Positions 11,225 through 24,305 of a DNA stretch of 64,000 bases are shown piece by piece. The position numbers were made by a program, and so were the translations under genes. The DNA comes from Zygnema circumcarinatum SAG 698-1b (Eukaryota; Plantae; Zygnematophyceae), in the NCBI GenBank assembly GCA_037447605.1, contig CM074813.1:2108001-2172000 (forward strand), written 5' to 3'. The notes below the pieces were generated by a model. That model worked only from the letters and a program-made list of their open reading frames with translations, ran no database searches and was not told the origin of the DNA. Numbering within the stretch: position 1 is the first letter of the stretch; each line of letters begins with the position of its first letter.

Positions 11225-12706
11225 TCACTGGCGTCGCCCCCTCCCTTTTTTTGAGCTGCTCTGTGCGGCCGCGGGCTCAGGAGGCGCTTCATCGGGAACA
11301 GTGGCTGCAAAGCGAGATGCAGTAAAACGAAAAAAAGAATACCAGTATTAATATATGAGGTCGTAGTAATAGCAGTAGTAAAAAAGAAAAAGGACAGCTC
11401 TGTAACAACAACAAGCTGGGAGATAAGACTGGAAGAATGGCCTTTCCTAACCCTACTCTCCCGTACTTCCCTCATTCCTCTATGGTATACCTTTCCCCAC
11501 ACCATGCGACTTTCACAGGAGCTGAGTACCTTCTTAGTCTATCCCTACTTGCATGCGTGATACTCTACAGTCTGTAGATAGTCTGACTCCCCTCTCTCTC
11601 TCTCCCTGTGCAAATACCCATATGCATCCGCACTTGACGCCGAGTGGGACAATCGTAGCAGAAAGACTGAAATTAGTGGTAGCAAAATCAAAATCGAATA
11701 AGCCATGTCAAAGCCAAACCACTTTTGCAGAGGACTGAATGGGCACACCGTGAGGGCCTCTGGCCATGAGGGTGAAGAACAGCACGTTGAGCTTCTCCAT
11801 CTTCTTCGCGTCTGCGGCCTGACCCGTCTTGTACTGCAGACACTGCAGCACCACGGCCAGGGTCTACAGCTCAAACATTTGGGCTTTCTCAGATTTGTAA
11901 CTCCTAAAGTTCATTGAGCATTGAGCATCAATTGAGTAAATGTAAATAATGGCGAGAACATGTGCAAGAGGGGAACAGTTGCATCCACAATCAAGACTAG
12001 AGACAGCTTAGTTCACGCTTGAGTCTCACTATGCCAAAAAAAGCTAACTCGCGCATGTTAGTTCGCTTGCTTCGCTTGCTTCGCTGGGCATTGTACAATT
12101 TGACTGTCCATGTAAATTTTCCAAGGTCTAGTATAGTACTCCACCATATTTAAGTTCAGTGGTGCATGGCATTCACGTGAAGCCCAGTTCATGTTAAAAT
12201 GAGGACAAACCACTATGGCAGCTGGTCGCCATGTATCTTTAGTCAAGTCACAAAGTTGAATTTCACATATTCTAACGTGGCGTGGTATTCAATCCCCATA
12301 CAGAGCAAAATCTACCTCATAACATATGCCAGCAAGTGCAGCGGCTCACCACTCTGTCGTCAGTGGCCTTCAGGACAAGCAAGCCTTGTCGGTGGCGGTA
12401 TTTCATAGAATATCGGAACTGCCAACACCAAACCACCACCACCAACGAAACACCAGTTTAACTTTCGCTTAATGACTTGCTTGATGACACAACCAAAATT
12501 CTTGTTCCAGCAGAAAAAAAATCCGTTTCCACACGCTATTCTCAACTTTCAAGCCTTGTCCTCCTTCAGCTTTCAGACCTTAAAGGCATGCGAACTGTTC
12601 AAATACAAATTTGATGAACAAGAAAATAACGAACCCGAGTCGGATCAGCACGGAACAGGAGCTCCGCCTTCGTCACAAACTCGTCCCATGTTTCTATGTA
12701 CACCAT
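11225..12706 (-). CDS. SRP9: Signal recognition particle 9-kDa subunit
   Basis: Exons 12706-12635, 12418-12350, 11842-11749, 11304-11225 give MVYIETWDEFVTKAELLFRADPTR|FRYSMKYRHRQGLLVLKATDDRV|CLQYKTGQAADAKKMEKLNVLFFTLMARGPH|ATVPDE...SKKGRGRRQ*. Confidence 0.95.
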
Positions 12707-12808
12707 GCGGACGTTTTCTGCCAAATTCAGCACCCGGCAGCCTCAAACTCAAGCACCTCTTCCACCAGAGCTCCCAATCCAATGGACGGATGTCCAAACT
12801 CTATTTTC

Positions 12809-13293
12809 AAACCCTAATTGCGTCGTGCCACCCCATCTTACCTACGAGCCGCCCTCATTAAGGTAACGGGAATCTCTCTTCTTCTTCCTCTCTCCCACCC
12901 TATCACTTCACCGTAACCGCAGCTTACAGCTATGTCTGAATCTCTCAAACCCCTGATAGGCCCGCACCAGCCCTCTCTCTTCCCCCCTTCTTGGAGGTCC
13001 CTGGAAAGCAACTGAATTAGGGTTCGCAGCAAAGCAAAACTCTAAACTACAAAAATGGTCCACCTGTCACAGAACCCATAGCCGATACTCTGCGCTATAT
13101 CGTATTAAATGTCATCCAATATATATCGTCTTTGTAGATATTCTCAATATTTTCCATATATTGCGATATGCCCGATACTCCGTCTCCCGAGTCCCCTTCC
13201 CCCGCAACGCCCCACGGCCTCTGCCCGAGTCTGCCGGCTGCCACGTGTCGTCACTGCAGCTCGCCACGTGTTCACAGGAGGCGCTGCCACGTG
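12809..13293. promoter_or_regulatory. Shared divergent promoter of SRP9 and the SRPBCC gene, with telo-boxes and G-boxes
   Basis: AAACCCTAA at 12809-12817, TTAGGGTT at 13017-13024, CACGTG at 13242, 13265 and 13288. The two ATGs are only about 630 bp apart. Confidence 0.5.
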
Positions 13294-13336
13294 GCGCCTC
13301 CCTCTTTCCGAACTCCTGCCGTCGCTGAGAAGGGCC

Positions 13337-16061
13337 ATGGCGCCTCCCGCCGCTCTCCTCCGCTCGCCTCCCTGCGCGTGCCTCGCGGCTCGTGCAGAGT
13401 CGCCCCCCGGGCCACTCCAGAAGCGCCCCGTGGCGTCTCGGAGGGCGTTTGGAGGCTCCTCGAGATGCAAGGTTCAGGGCCGAGTAGAGGCCATGGCGGA
13501 GAAGAGGGAGAGGAGAGGGATTGAGGCGGCGGGAAGGAGGAGAGGACCAAGCCATGGCGAGGAGGAGGGCGCAATGGAGCAAGGTAAGGGCCTGCGAAGG
13601 TTGAGCAGAAGAAAGGCCTCGGGAAATAAGCTCACTGGTGGGACATTGACCTGATTTTTACATTCATTTCAGGTCCAAACTGCATATCCTGAGGGTAGCT
13701 TAACTCAATCCCTAGGCCTGAACATGGTGTCAATCCTATGCCGAAAAAGTAACTTGCAATTGTCACCCTAAGTGTAGCCCTAATCATAAAGGGGTTTCTT
13801 CCTTTTCTCCACAATCGTTTGGGTTGTATCCCTCAACAATCTACTCCATTCTTTATCCATTTCTCACCTTCTCTCCCTTTTTCCTTTTCTCGGGCCATGC
13901 TTCTGTTGCTATGTAGACCTATGAGTCTTAAACTCAGGTTTTCAGGCGTCGTCGAATGGTGGTGTTATTGTTATGGTTATGTATTGGGGCTCAATTTTAC
14001 CAATGCCGGTTGGAGGTGTGTGTAGCAGGCAGAGGCAAGAAGAGAGCGATTGAAGATCTCCAATTCAAGTATTGCGTGACATTGGATGTTGCAGCTCCTA
14101 TCGACTTTGTATGGGGCCTGTGGATTGATCTCAAGGCAGCTCCTAAATGGTATGCATTTGTCAGGCTCTGTCTTCATGGATCAGCCGATATTGCGAAGAT
14201 ATGCATGCATAATGAGATGGAATGTACAGCGGCTTTAAATAAGGACTGCTTTATGCGTGCCAGTAGCCCTGTCAGTTCATTCCTCCTTTTTTATTGGCGA
14301 GAATGAGTGATACCATACAATCTCGGCAACTGAGTGCGGCGCTCGCATAGTTGTTGACGTTTGATATTATAAGCAGTTTTGTGAAGAGGGGTAAAGTGAG
14401 ACCTGCCATTCGGCAACCTATGCAGTTCAGGATGAAGTGGATTAGCCGAGTGGAAATGCTCGACGAGGATTTTCCCACATCCTATTCACGTTCCCTTGAA
14501 CGAGCCTCTCCCGTAACCTCTCTTGCCTCAAGTGACGGTATGGCTGAGAAGGGCCAGTTCGAAGAAGCGCCTCAAATTGCCAGCAGCAATTTCGGAGATG
14601 GAAGGGAAGGGTGGGAGACCAACTCAGAGATTTTGGGGAAGAGGGCGGTGAGGGCAATGGAGGGAGAGGCGATGCCAAAGTTAAGTGAGGGAGAGGAGGG
14701 GGAATCTATGGAGGAGAGGACCGAAGACGGAGAAGGACACGAAGTGAGGCAGGCGGGTCTTCCTCGGATAAACTCTTTGTCGAAATGGATATGTAGCACA
14801 ACAGGCTTTGAAGTGAGTGCTTCACATCTGGCAATGTTTTAACGAGAGCTATATTTACTGTAATTGTTGTAGTCATACGTGCACTACTTGATATTTGGCC
14901 TTTCAGGTTGAATTGGGAGGCATTCTTTTTGACGTCTGGGCATCTTTTCTGTATTTTGTTTTGAACTCCCTCGGTTGATGAAGGTTGTTGAAGACCCGAA
15001 TATAGCATGGTGTTGTAACAGGTGGCGTGGGTGGCAAGGGTGGAGAGCGTTGAGATCACCCAAAGGAGGCGAGTCCTCCGCTGGACTTCGGTGAAGGGGC
15101 TCATCAGCCATGGGGAGGTTTGCTTCACTGGAGCAGCTTCTGATGGTGGGACTCACATAGAACTTAGGGTGCGTTGGGTTGGAACCTCTCTCTCTCTCAC
15201 TCACTCTCTCCCGCCCTCCATTTCCCTGCCTTTCCCTTCCCTCCCCTCCCCCTCACTCCTCCCCCCTTTCTCCCTCTTTCGCTCTCTTTCTCTTGTCTGC
15301 CATCCCTCCCTTCCACACTCCTTCCCCCTCTCCCACTCTCTCTCTCTAGTCATCCATCTCTTCTACCTTTGAATTAATTTTTCCAAGCCCGTCATATCAC
15401 AGAGCTCGAGCACTAAAAGAGAATAAATAAACAATAAAAAAGGACAATAAACATGGGAAGGGCGTCTGAAGGCTCTGGAAATGACCTGAAACAAGTGAAC
15501 TTCTGAGGTGGCAAGCGTTTTCGAAAGAAATTTGGATTACAGTTCCCGCCATGGTGATGCAGGCAAGCCACCGGCTTCCTCCGGCGCTTTCGAAAGTCAT
15601 GAACCGCCATGCACTCAGCACTCTTGTGCAGGTGCGAAAAGTTTTAGTTCCTTTGAATGTAGCATGACATGGAGGAGGATTGGCTTATAACGCAGTGCAT
15701 TACAGCAGGGGTATTAGTCAATTCTCTTTCATAAAACTTGACATCTCCGATTGCGTGTGCACTGTCCAGGCAACGTTGAAGAGTGACTTGGAAAGGTTTC
15801 AGCAGGTATGTGGTAGCAAATATTCTGGCATTGATTGTTTTCACTGTATGGTTTGTAGATGTCCTTATTGACATTCTGCTGTGTTACTTGCAGTTAGTAG
15901 TTGCCATTTGGAGTTCGCGATGCGTTAAAGGGAGCACTTTTGTGGATTGGGGGGTGGTCTCCAGTACGCACTTTCCATGCAGGAAAAAGCGAATCACAGA
16001 TTCACGGTGGAGGGATAACGATAGCCAGGACAAGACTTTCTTCTCCCTGGAGCATCTCTGA
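13337..16061 (+). CDS. SRPBCC/polyketide cyclase-dehydrase (START-like) protein, probably plastid-targeted; last exon uncertain
   Basis: Ala/Arg/Ser-rich N-terminus, then spliced YCVTLDVAAPIDFVWGLWIDLKAAPKW|MKWISRVEML...LSKWICSTTGFE|VAWVARVESVEITQRRRVLRWTSVKGLISHGEVCF...ELR|ASHRLPPALSKVMNRHALSTLVQ|ATLKSDLERFQQ. Confidence 0.8.
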
Positions 16062-16881
16062 ACGGCTGTATTCCTAATACACTGTACCGTACTGTGACAT
16101 AGTTTTTTGAGCGTTTTTCTACATAGCATATATACATGACACATACCGAAATTGAAGACATGGACTGCTCGGCTCAACATGGAAGCCCAAGCGATGGAAT
16201 CGTGTGACCATGGGGGTGTTTATGGTACGTGCACCATAGTGGGCGACTAAAACGGCGAAGTCATAACGGCATTATGTGTTGCTGGTTAAGCAAATGCCTC
16301 CAGACTGGGCTTCGACCTCTGCTTTTGCTCGAGCAGCTTTTATTTTAGTACTGCTACTGTCACGATTGTTTTTTTTTTTAACGCATTCTCAGCCGCGCAT
16401 TCTCTGCGTTAGCTGCAGTTTTTATGGGCAGAAATGTTATTATTTTTCTCCGTCAATCCATCACTGTTGTTTTCTCTTTTTTAATGCAGGCCACCTTTCA
16501 GTTATAACTATGAAAATCCTAGAAGTCCAGGCTAGTTCCAGGTGGTGCGAATGCTGTGGCGTACATCATGCCAGACATCTAATGGCGGTGCATATTTGGT
16601 GTGGTCCATTTTATTAGAGGTAAGCCGACAAATAGTGCGGCCCACACTAAACATGATGAATGGTGTACACATTCTTATTCGGAGTATATCAACAGAGTAT
16701 AGGCCAATCACAAGCCCGTCTTTCCCTATTCACCAGTTCTCTTCCTGCTCTCTCTCGCTCTCTCTCGCTCTCTCTCTCACACACACACACATCTGAGAGT
16801 ATCATTTACAAACACGAGAGCTTAATAGTCTCCAAACAATTCAACCCTATTTACATAATTCGCAAATGCGCACCTTTCCCT

Positions 16882-19800
16882 CTACGAGCGAGGGTCGGCT
16901 CCCCGGTTGATAACGGCACAGTCCAAGTGCAGACAATAACTGCAGCTAGGATTCGAACACTCCCACAGCCAGTCCTTCCCATACTTAAAGCAGGCGCTGC
17001 AGGTGAAGAAACCACTCGGAGCCGTTGGAATGAGGCGGAGGGTGTGCCTCGTGTCATGGCGGACATCAGTGATTTCCACCTGAGAGATCACTTCTTCCAG
17101 AGCCAACTTCTCATCCAAAAACTTCTCCGCAGCCATTTTGAGCTCATCAATGGCTTCCCGCGCTTCTTGCGTCTCCACTCTCACTATGGCCTGCAAGGCC
17201 GACGAAGCACCCACCAGCTAGCATATCTCAAAAACTATTACAACTTCTTAATTTTCATTTAGGAACTCTGACCGACAGATTGACTAGGGCAGTTCCACTT
17301 TTTTCCTCCGTCGTAGAGGAGAGGTAGGGAGGGTGGAGAAAAGTGGGAGTGCATTGGAGAGAGGTTAGAGGGAAGGTTAAGCCTCCGAAAACCTGATCCT
17401 CACCAGTTCTCGACGAAGCTGCTCTGTTCGCCGCACCTCTTGAGCAGTAAACTCCTCCTCCTTATTCATCTGAAACCATAAAGACCAAATCAAGACAACT
17501 TAGGTTGGTAATGTTTCTAAGTGGCCAACATCCTCCAAAAGCCTCTGTCCTCCGGATTATCAGAGATTTACCTTCCACATAAACACGCATCCCGTTTTCA
17601 CGTGTGTTAAAGGCACACTTCAGCGGCACAACTACGATCCCGGGGGCTGGTCCCATAAGGAACTTAGCAGTTCATCGTTCTCTACCACTTACAGGAGAGC
17701 AAGTACCGAGGAGGCAGCTTGTAGAGTTGACACGCTAATAAATAAACTGCATATTTTGTCGTTAAGCTCACAACACGACAAGATAGATCAAAAGATCTCC
17801 GCTTCTCAGTCTACCTATTGAAGTGCCCATTACTATTTTCATTTTGACCGACAGTTGTACCGTGGTGGAGCTGTAGATATTGAGGGCGGCCAAGCTCTCC
17901 TCCAGCGACCTGATCCTCTCCCTGGCGGCTGCCTGTACAGTCCACGAAGAGACAGAGTTGACATCCAAAAAATGGGTTAGCCACAGTCGGAGAAGAATCA
18001 TCAGTCTGCTCTGGTTTAAACGGAGAAAGACGAGACAAGGGGTAAGAGGAAAGAGGATAGAGTGGGGAGGGTTGGGAGGGAGAGGGGGGAGGGGAGAGAG
18101 GGAAAGAGAGAGAGAGAGAGGGAGAGAGACAGAGAGAGACAGGAGGTGCAAGAGAGAGCATAGGAATCTTTCCACACATATTTTATTGAGAAGGTGGACA
18201 AAAAACCTCTCCCTCCCTTACCAGATCTGCAACCGCGTTCGAGCACTCCGCTCTGACTTGATCTCGCTCAGTTTCCAAGTCTGCACGGGATGCCTCAGCC
18301 TGGCCACACAGATCCACATTCCAAGAGCCTTATGCCACTTTCGTTTCCTCACCCTTTCCTCCATTTTCCTCTCTGGCCTGATTACTTCCTCCCCCGCTCC
18401 ATTCTCTAAGCTTCTCCTCTCGTACCTCTCGCCTTGTTCCCCTCTCGCCGCTCCCGCTAACGCCCAATGTCTATTCCTGTCTCACCCTCTCCCGCTCCGT
18501 CTGCCTCCCTCTACCTCTCGCCTCTTCTAAACCACCCTGTCCCTGTGAAAGGAGAGGACACTAGAGGAGAGTCCCTCACCATATTCAGCTGCTCCTGAAG
18601 GGCAGCCACAGCCGCTGTGGTTTGCGCCAGCTTACTTGAACTGTCATCCACATCATCTGAAAGTGAGGCCTGCATGACGAGTCCCAGGAATATACATGGA
18701 GAGAGCGAAAGAGAGAGCCCGGGGAGAGGGCGGTGGGGGAGAGGGAAAAAGGACGCAGAGCAAGAGCGGAACAGACTGTGTGAGAGAGAAAGGAATCGAG
18801 GGGTGCAAGCATCATCTCACAGCCCTTACGCAACCCAAGACCGGTACTCTCCCCATTTATGGATGGGGCTGTGAGGCTTTTGTACCTCTGTCTCCTCCGC
18901 ACGCTCCAAAGCCGTCAGCTTCGCCTGCAGCTCCCGCAGACTTCTTTGCGCCTCCTCTCGTTGCAGGTCCACCATCTCCTGCGGGTCCATGAGCGATTTA
19001 ACTATGAAATATATGCAGTATTGATGAAGTAAATAGAAACAAAGGATAGAAATGAAAGCTGGAGAAACTAGGCACACAACATCCAGTAGAAACGGGCATC
19101 CCCTTTCGGAATTTACATTCACGGGGAAGTGGGGCCCACCAGCTGAGTCAGCAGCTGCAAGTTCTGAGCACGTGTGGAAGCCGACTCAGAACGGAGAGAC
19201 ATAGCCCCTGCACTTGCCTGCATGACCAACGGTTGGTTGGGGGTTTTTGGTTCTTGGAGCTTATGAAAATGAGAGGTGGATCTACAGCCTAAAGTCAGCT
19301 ACAGCTGCTACTTCTGCTTGACACTAGCCAGAAACATATATGGGAGAGGAAAATGAAAAAAACAGATAAACAACATTGATGCCAAGTTGTTAGCATTGGT
19401 CTTTCAATAAACATAATAAGTCTTAATTTGTTACTATGATAATTCTTCAAAAAATAAATTGCATACACAAACAGACAGCCTGGTTAAACTGCCAGTATGG
19501 CTCAGCCTTCAGGCTTCTCTGTCTTCTTCTGGCATCCTGCTCAGTCTCCGCCCGCACAGTTTTCATCTATTGTACTCTCTGAAAGCCTCAAAAAGAAAAA
19601 AGAAAAAAAGGCATGAGAGCACGACATCAGGCACTGCAGTTCTCCGAACATTAGGGGCTGGAATATAAGGACTGATTTAGTGCCTGGCCAGCAAAGTTTC
19701 ATATTGTATAGTTTCCTGCTCCTCAATAGCACCATGAGTGTAACGCCGGTTATCACCTGAATGGCTAACTCTTCAGCCTCTGCCAAAGCCTTCTGCAGCA

Positions 19801-22800
19801 CCTGCACCTTCGCCGCATCCTCCTCTTTCTGAACACGAAGCCTCTCGAGCTCCTCCTGTTCTGGAAATGGCTGCAGAACTTCACTCTTGCTTCATTAAGG
19901 AAGTACTGAGTAGTCCTTGAATTTTGGACTTAACAAAAAAGTACATCTCGGGAACACTCTCTAGTAATCAGTGGATTATCAAAACCAAAGACCCCAACGT
20001 CTGTGCTGATGCAGGCTCAATATGATAGCCAAATCCAAGTGTAGGATGGCTCATACAGCACAATCTGGCAAGCATGGTGTGTCCCACCTCTGCTGCACAA
20101 GCTGCTTGCGGAGCCTCTCCCTGTTTCTCTCCATCCTCCCTTTCCTTCCGCAGCCTCTCCAGCTCCACTGCGGCCGCCTCCTGCAGCCCAGCTTGCCACC
20201 AAAAAAAGATCTCTCATCACAATACGCATTGAGAAGTAGACGAAGGGAGCTGGCGGGGGGGGAGAAGGGGGGAGGGAAGGGGGGAGATTCGGCGATGAAA
20301 GACGAAGTTAGGAACAGGTGAAGAGAAAGATGGGAAAGGGGGCTTGACGATCAGGTACTTCACGCGCCATGTTTAACATTTGCCAATTGAACCTGCATCG
20401 ATGGTTTCTTAAGTACATCTCCCTCTCACTCTCTCTCCACCTCTTTCCCCCTTTCGCGCTCACGGACAGCAATGTAAGCAGAGACAATAAATCTCACAAG
20501 CTCGTGTCGCATATTGACACATTGTCTTTCTGACTCCTCCTTGGCCTCTATTGCTGCTGCCAGCTCCGCTTTGACCTGCGTCACTTTTCATGCACACAGA
20601 AGCCAATTCAGAAGAAACGAAACGCAGAGTAGAGAGAGCAGGGAGGGGGGAGGAGAGATGAGAGGATAGAGGAGAGGGGAAAGGTCAGTTACTCGCCATG
20701 AAGAAAATTCGGGCGCAATCCCCCCACTCCTCCACTCTCCACTACTTTCTCGATCGCTCCGCCTTACCTTAGCAAGGAGGAGCTCGTCTGCGCACACTGC
20801 TGGAAGCTCTGCCACCGCACTTCCCTCTGTCAACTCTATTCCCAAACCTTGTTGCGACCTCTCCTGCACAAATAGACATACCTTTCAAAGTACACTTCAA
20901 AAACAGTGTCTGATAATGAAATTTCATGGTCAGAAACGATCATACTGTTAAGAATGCCACACGCTTCACCCAAACAAAGACGGATTGAAGCCTATTGTTT
21001 ACCAAAGGCATGGACCTTCCATCTGCACTCGTCGCTTTTTTTAAATCAACCATAACTTCTTGTAGGAACAATGTGACATATCAGGAAAGCTACAAGAAGG
21101 CCAACATCTAGGAGAAGGGAAGTTGGACTGAGAGAGGAGGAGAAGGCAGGGAGGGAGAGAGAATTTAGATGAGCAAAGGAGGATTGAAGAGAGGGTGGGT
21201 ACATTAGAATGAAACCATAAAGAAATTCATGCCTGGAGCAACTAATGACCAAGCACATTTAAATTCACATACTACATTTAGAATTGACATTAAAGAGTAT
21301 AATGAATGTCCCAAATTCCAGATAAGCCTTCATAACTTCGACTCTTTAAACTCCGATTGTTTCATCTCAGAGCCACCTACTTCCTGAAGAACAGCGGCAT
21401 CTTCCAACGGCTTTACTCCATTCAATTTGGTGTGGGAGTCCCCCCTCGACAATCTTCGCTGGAAGCCGGACTTCAAAGACTTCTGAATTGATCTCTTTCT
21501 GCATACAGGTATCAAGTGTGCACACAATCCATCATTCAAAGAGAGCGAGGAAATGAGGGAGTTTCACTCCATTCTCAATATGGATTTTTTTTGGCAGAAA
21601 AAGCTTTTTCGCCATAAAAGGAAAAAATGGATTTTTAAAAAGTTCCTTGGTGGGTGAAGGAGCAAAGAGTACCAGATTGCTTGGGAGCTCAGCTTCTGAC
21701 AAGCCTTTTGGCACAACAGTACTCTGTACAAGGAACTTGTCTCGGATTTCCAAGCCGATTAAACTCTCAGTTTGGGGGAGCATAGTGACTGGAGCCCACC
21801 CCAGGAACAGAGGCTCCATATTAGCAGTTCTTCCCGTCTATATGAAAGATGATAGCCACGTGTTTGTATGATACGGAACCTTTGCATGGTGAGCAGATGC
21901 AAAAGCAAATGTTTTCGATAAACAAAGAACGTGCTTAGCATGCCGTTGCGAACAACAGCAGACGGCGCAAGATGTGTTTCAAAAAATTGCTGTCGATATG
22001 CCAGAAATCAGAATTGTGAGCATGATCAATACATTCCAGGAAGCCCACCTGTGACAATGCAGCTTCCCTTCGGGTGGAAGAACCCCTGTCGGAGGCTGCG
22101 TGAAATATCTTCTCGGCGCATTTGTTTTCACCTGGATAGACAGACAGGCAGGGGTTGCCTAACACTCAATCTCGCCTGAATAACTCCTTTTCGAATTTGA
22201 CGTTCAATAGAGCAGCCGCCCATAAAGTTATTAGCAGCTTGTCATAAAGCATTGATCAAGATGAGAGCTTGACGCTGTATTACTTTTTGCGGGAAAGTTT
22301 GTCTGACCTTGAAGCCGACGGGATCATTCGACAAGTTTTCTAGGTTTACTGTAACGGAAATGTCCACGCCGAGCTCAACTGGAGTGACGATGTCCGAATA
22401 ATAAGGCAAAAAATCCGCACGATACAAATTGATTAAAATTATACAGGAGGCAGCGGCTGTTTACTGCATCAGTTTCAATGCTCTTCAACGATGAAAGAGC
22501 AGCGAGCAAAAATGAAAGCACAAAGAAAACATGCTTTTTTATTAAAAGTAGTGCTATATTGTGAAGATTAAGAATCCTGTTTTTTAATGTCCATAAAATT
22601 GCAATGTCCATGCTTTGAGTTTTATTAATTGTCCAGTCAGGAGGCGTCCTGCCTTCCTCCTCAAGTCACGTCCGTAGTGATTGAGATGAGCATAAATTTA
22701 TAGAATATTGTGCTCTGCTCCCAATGTTTTCTTCTCAAAAAGGAAAAAAATCAATAGACTCGGGGTCGGGGGGCCGGGGAAACAATAAAGCAGAAAAAAA

Positions 22801-22935
22801 CACGCCGAAGTGAATTCACGAAAATAAAGGTGCATGCGTATGTGAGGTGAGCAGTATTTGCAACTGTGACTGACATGGGAACTGAAGATCTGACGGCTGA
22901 ATGCGCAGCAGAGGACCAGCAGCAACAGCCGCCAT
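16882..22935 (-). CDS. Multi-exon protein: N-terminal VAP-type MSP domain, long coiled coil, C-terminal DC1/C1-like zinc finger
   Basis: 5' exons LLRIQPSDLQFP|FELGVDISVTVNLENLSNDPVGFK|VKTNAPRRYFTQPPTG|VTMLPQ...DKFLVQS; heptad-rich exons at 20.9-17.4 kb; last exon ends HTLRLIPTAPSGFFTCSACFKYGKDWLWECSNPSCSYCLHLDCAVINRGADPRS*. Junctions at about 21.0-21.5 kb and 17.4-17.8 kb are ambiguous. Confidence 0.72.
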
Positions 22936-24305
22936 GGCTTCTCTCCTCCTCTCTCCTTCTCCTCCTTCCTGACTGTCCCTGAAAGCAAACCTCAGAAGGC
23001 TCGCTTGGACTGTTTTAAGGTGCAGCAGAAGCAGCAGCAAATCCTCACAGCGTCTCCATGTTTGCAGTTCCCGTGGTGGTCAACAGCGAAACGCAGTACT
23101 ATGCGCGGCAGGCAGACCAGACGGCAGCCAACGGATGGATTCTGGATGATCAGCCATTGGTTGGTCCCCCGTGGTCAGCGCTAGCCAGGGCCTTCCATTG
23201 GCTGCCATGCGCCACGTTGGACAGAGCCCGCGGGAAATCTTTCCGTGGAAAACGCGGCCTTCCCTCCCCCTGCTTGCGCCACGTGGCAGCGGCCATCACT
23301 GTAGGGCGAGGTCGTGCTGACGCGTGGCGGCAACTATGATAGCCGTACGTGTTTGTACATTTCGTACATTTCGTACCGTAACAAAGCCCCGCGCTCTATA
23401 GACGGCGGTCTTGGGGAGGGAGGACGGCGCCTCTTGCAGGACGCTCTCCACCTCCGCGGGGATACACAGAGCGAGAGAGAGACAGAGAAATAAAGGGAGG
23501 GAGGAAGGGAGGGAGAAGAAAAAAGAGGCCTGCTTCTGGTCATCTTGGATTGGAGGAGGACTCGGCGGCGCCAGGGAAGGCAAGGCACAGTCCTGGGAAG
23601 CCGAGGGAGGACCTGCATGCAGTGATGATAAAAATCTGTGAATTATACATTTTTAGAGTAATCTCAGATGCTGTTCCTGAATATAGTATTGTTGCATGGG
23701 AGGTGATGACTGCAGCTTTTTTCGATGAATATGAGTGTGATAGTGCTATCCGTGGGACTTGATGGCCATTCTGAGATTTTGTGACTTTCTTTTCATACAA
23801 GATTTCATTTTTTTTTACATCTTTTTTGCATCGTGTATTTGCGCTTAGATATACCCTCTTATTTAATGAATTATCCTTCTAGTGAAACAATATGTCTGGC
23901 GAAGATGTTCATCTTCAGCTTGTCCATTTTTGTATTTCATAATAATATACTGCTCTCAAATCCTTCAAAAAAATTTATGACGTGTCTCTCAAGATCTCCA
24001 TTTATATTTGGAAATATTCTGAAGTCTTCTGCATGCCCTTTACCTGTCATCTTGTAGCGAGCTATCACTTTTAGTTTACTTGATCAATCCACTTGTTTCT
24101 CTAGCTGTCTTTCTTAAACCGCACTGATTCTCCTTATCCTGTGGGATTATTGTGTTTCATTTGTGCATTGAAGATATTTCTCTGATCAAACCATCGTGAA
24201 GCTTCCGCTTCGCTGCTTTCTGGAATCCTAAAGGAAGTTGTATCTGTCACAATATTTCGCAACTCTGGATTCATAGTCTCTTTTTTCTTTGTGGGATGAA
24301 GACAG

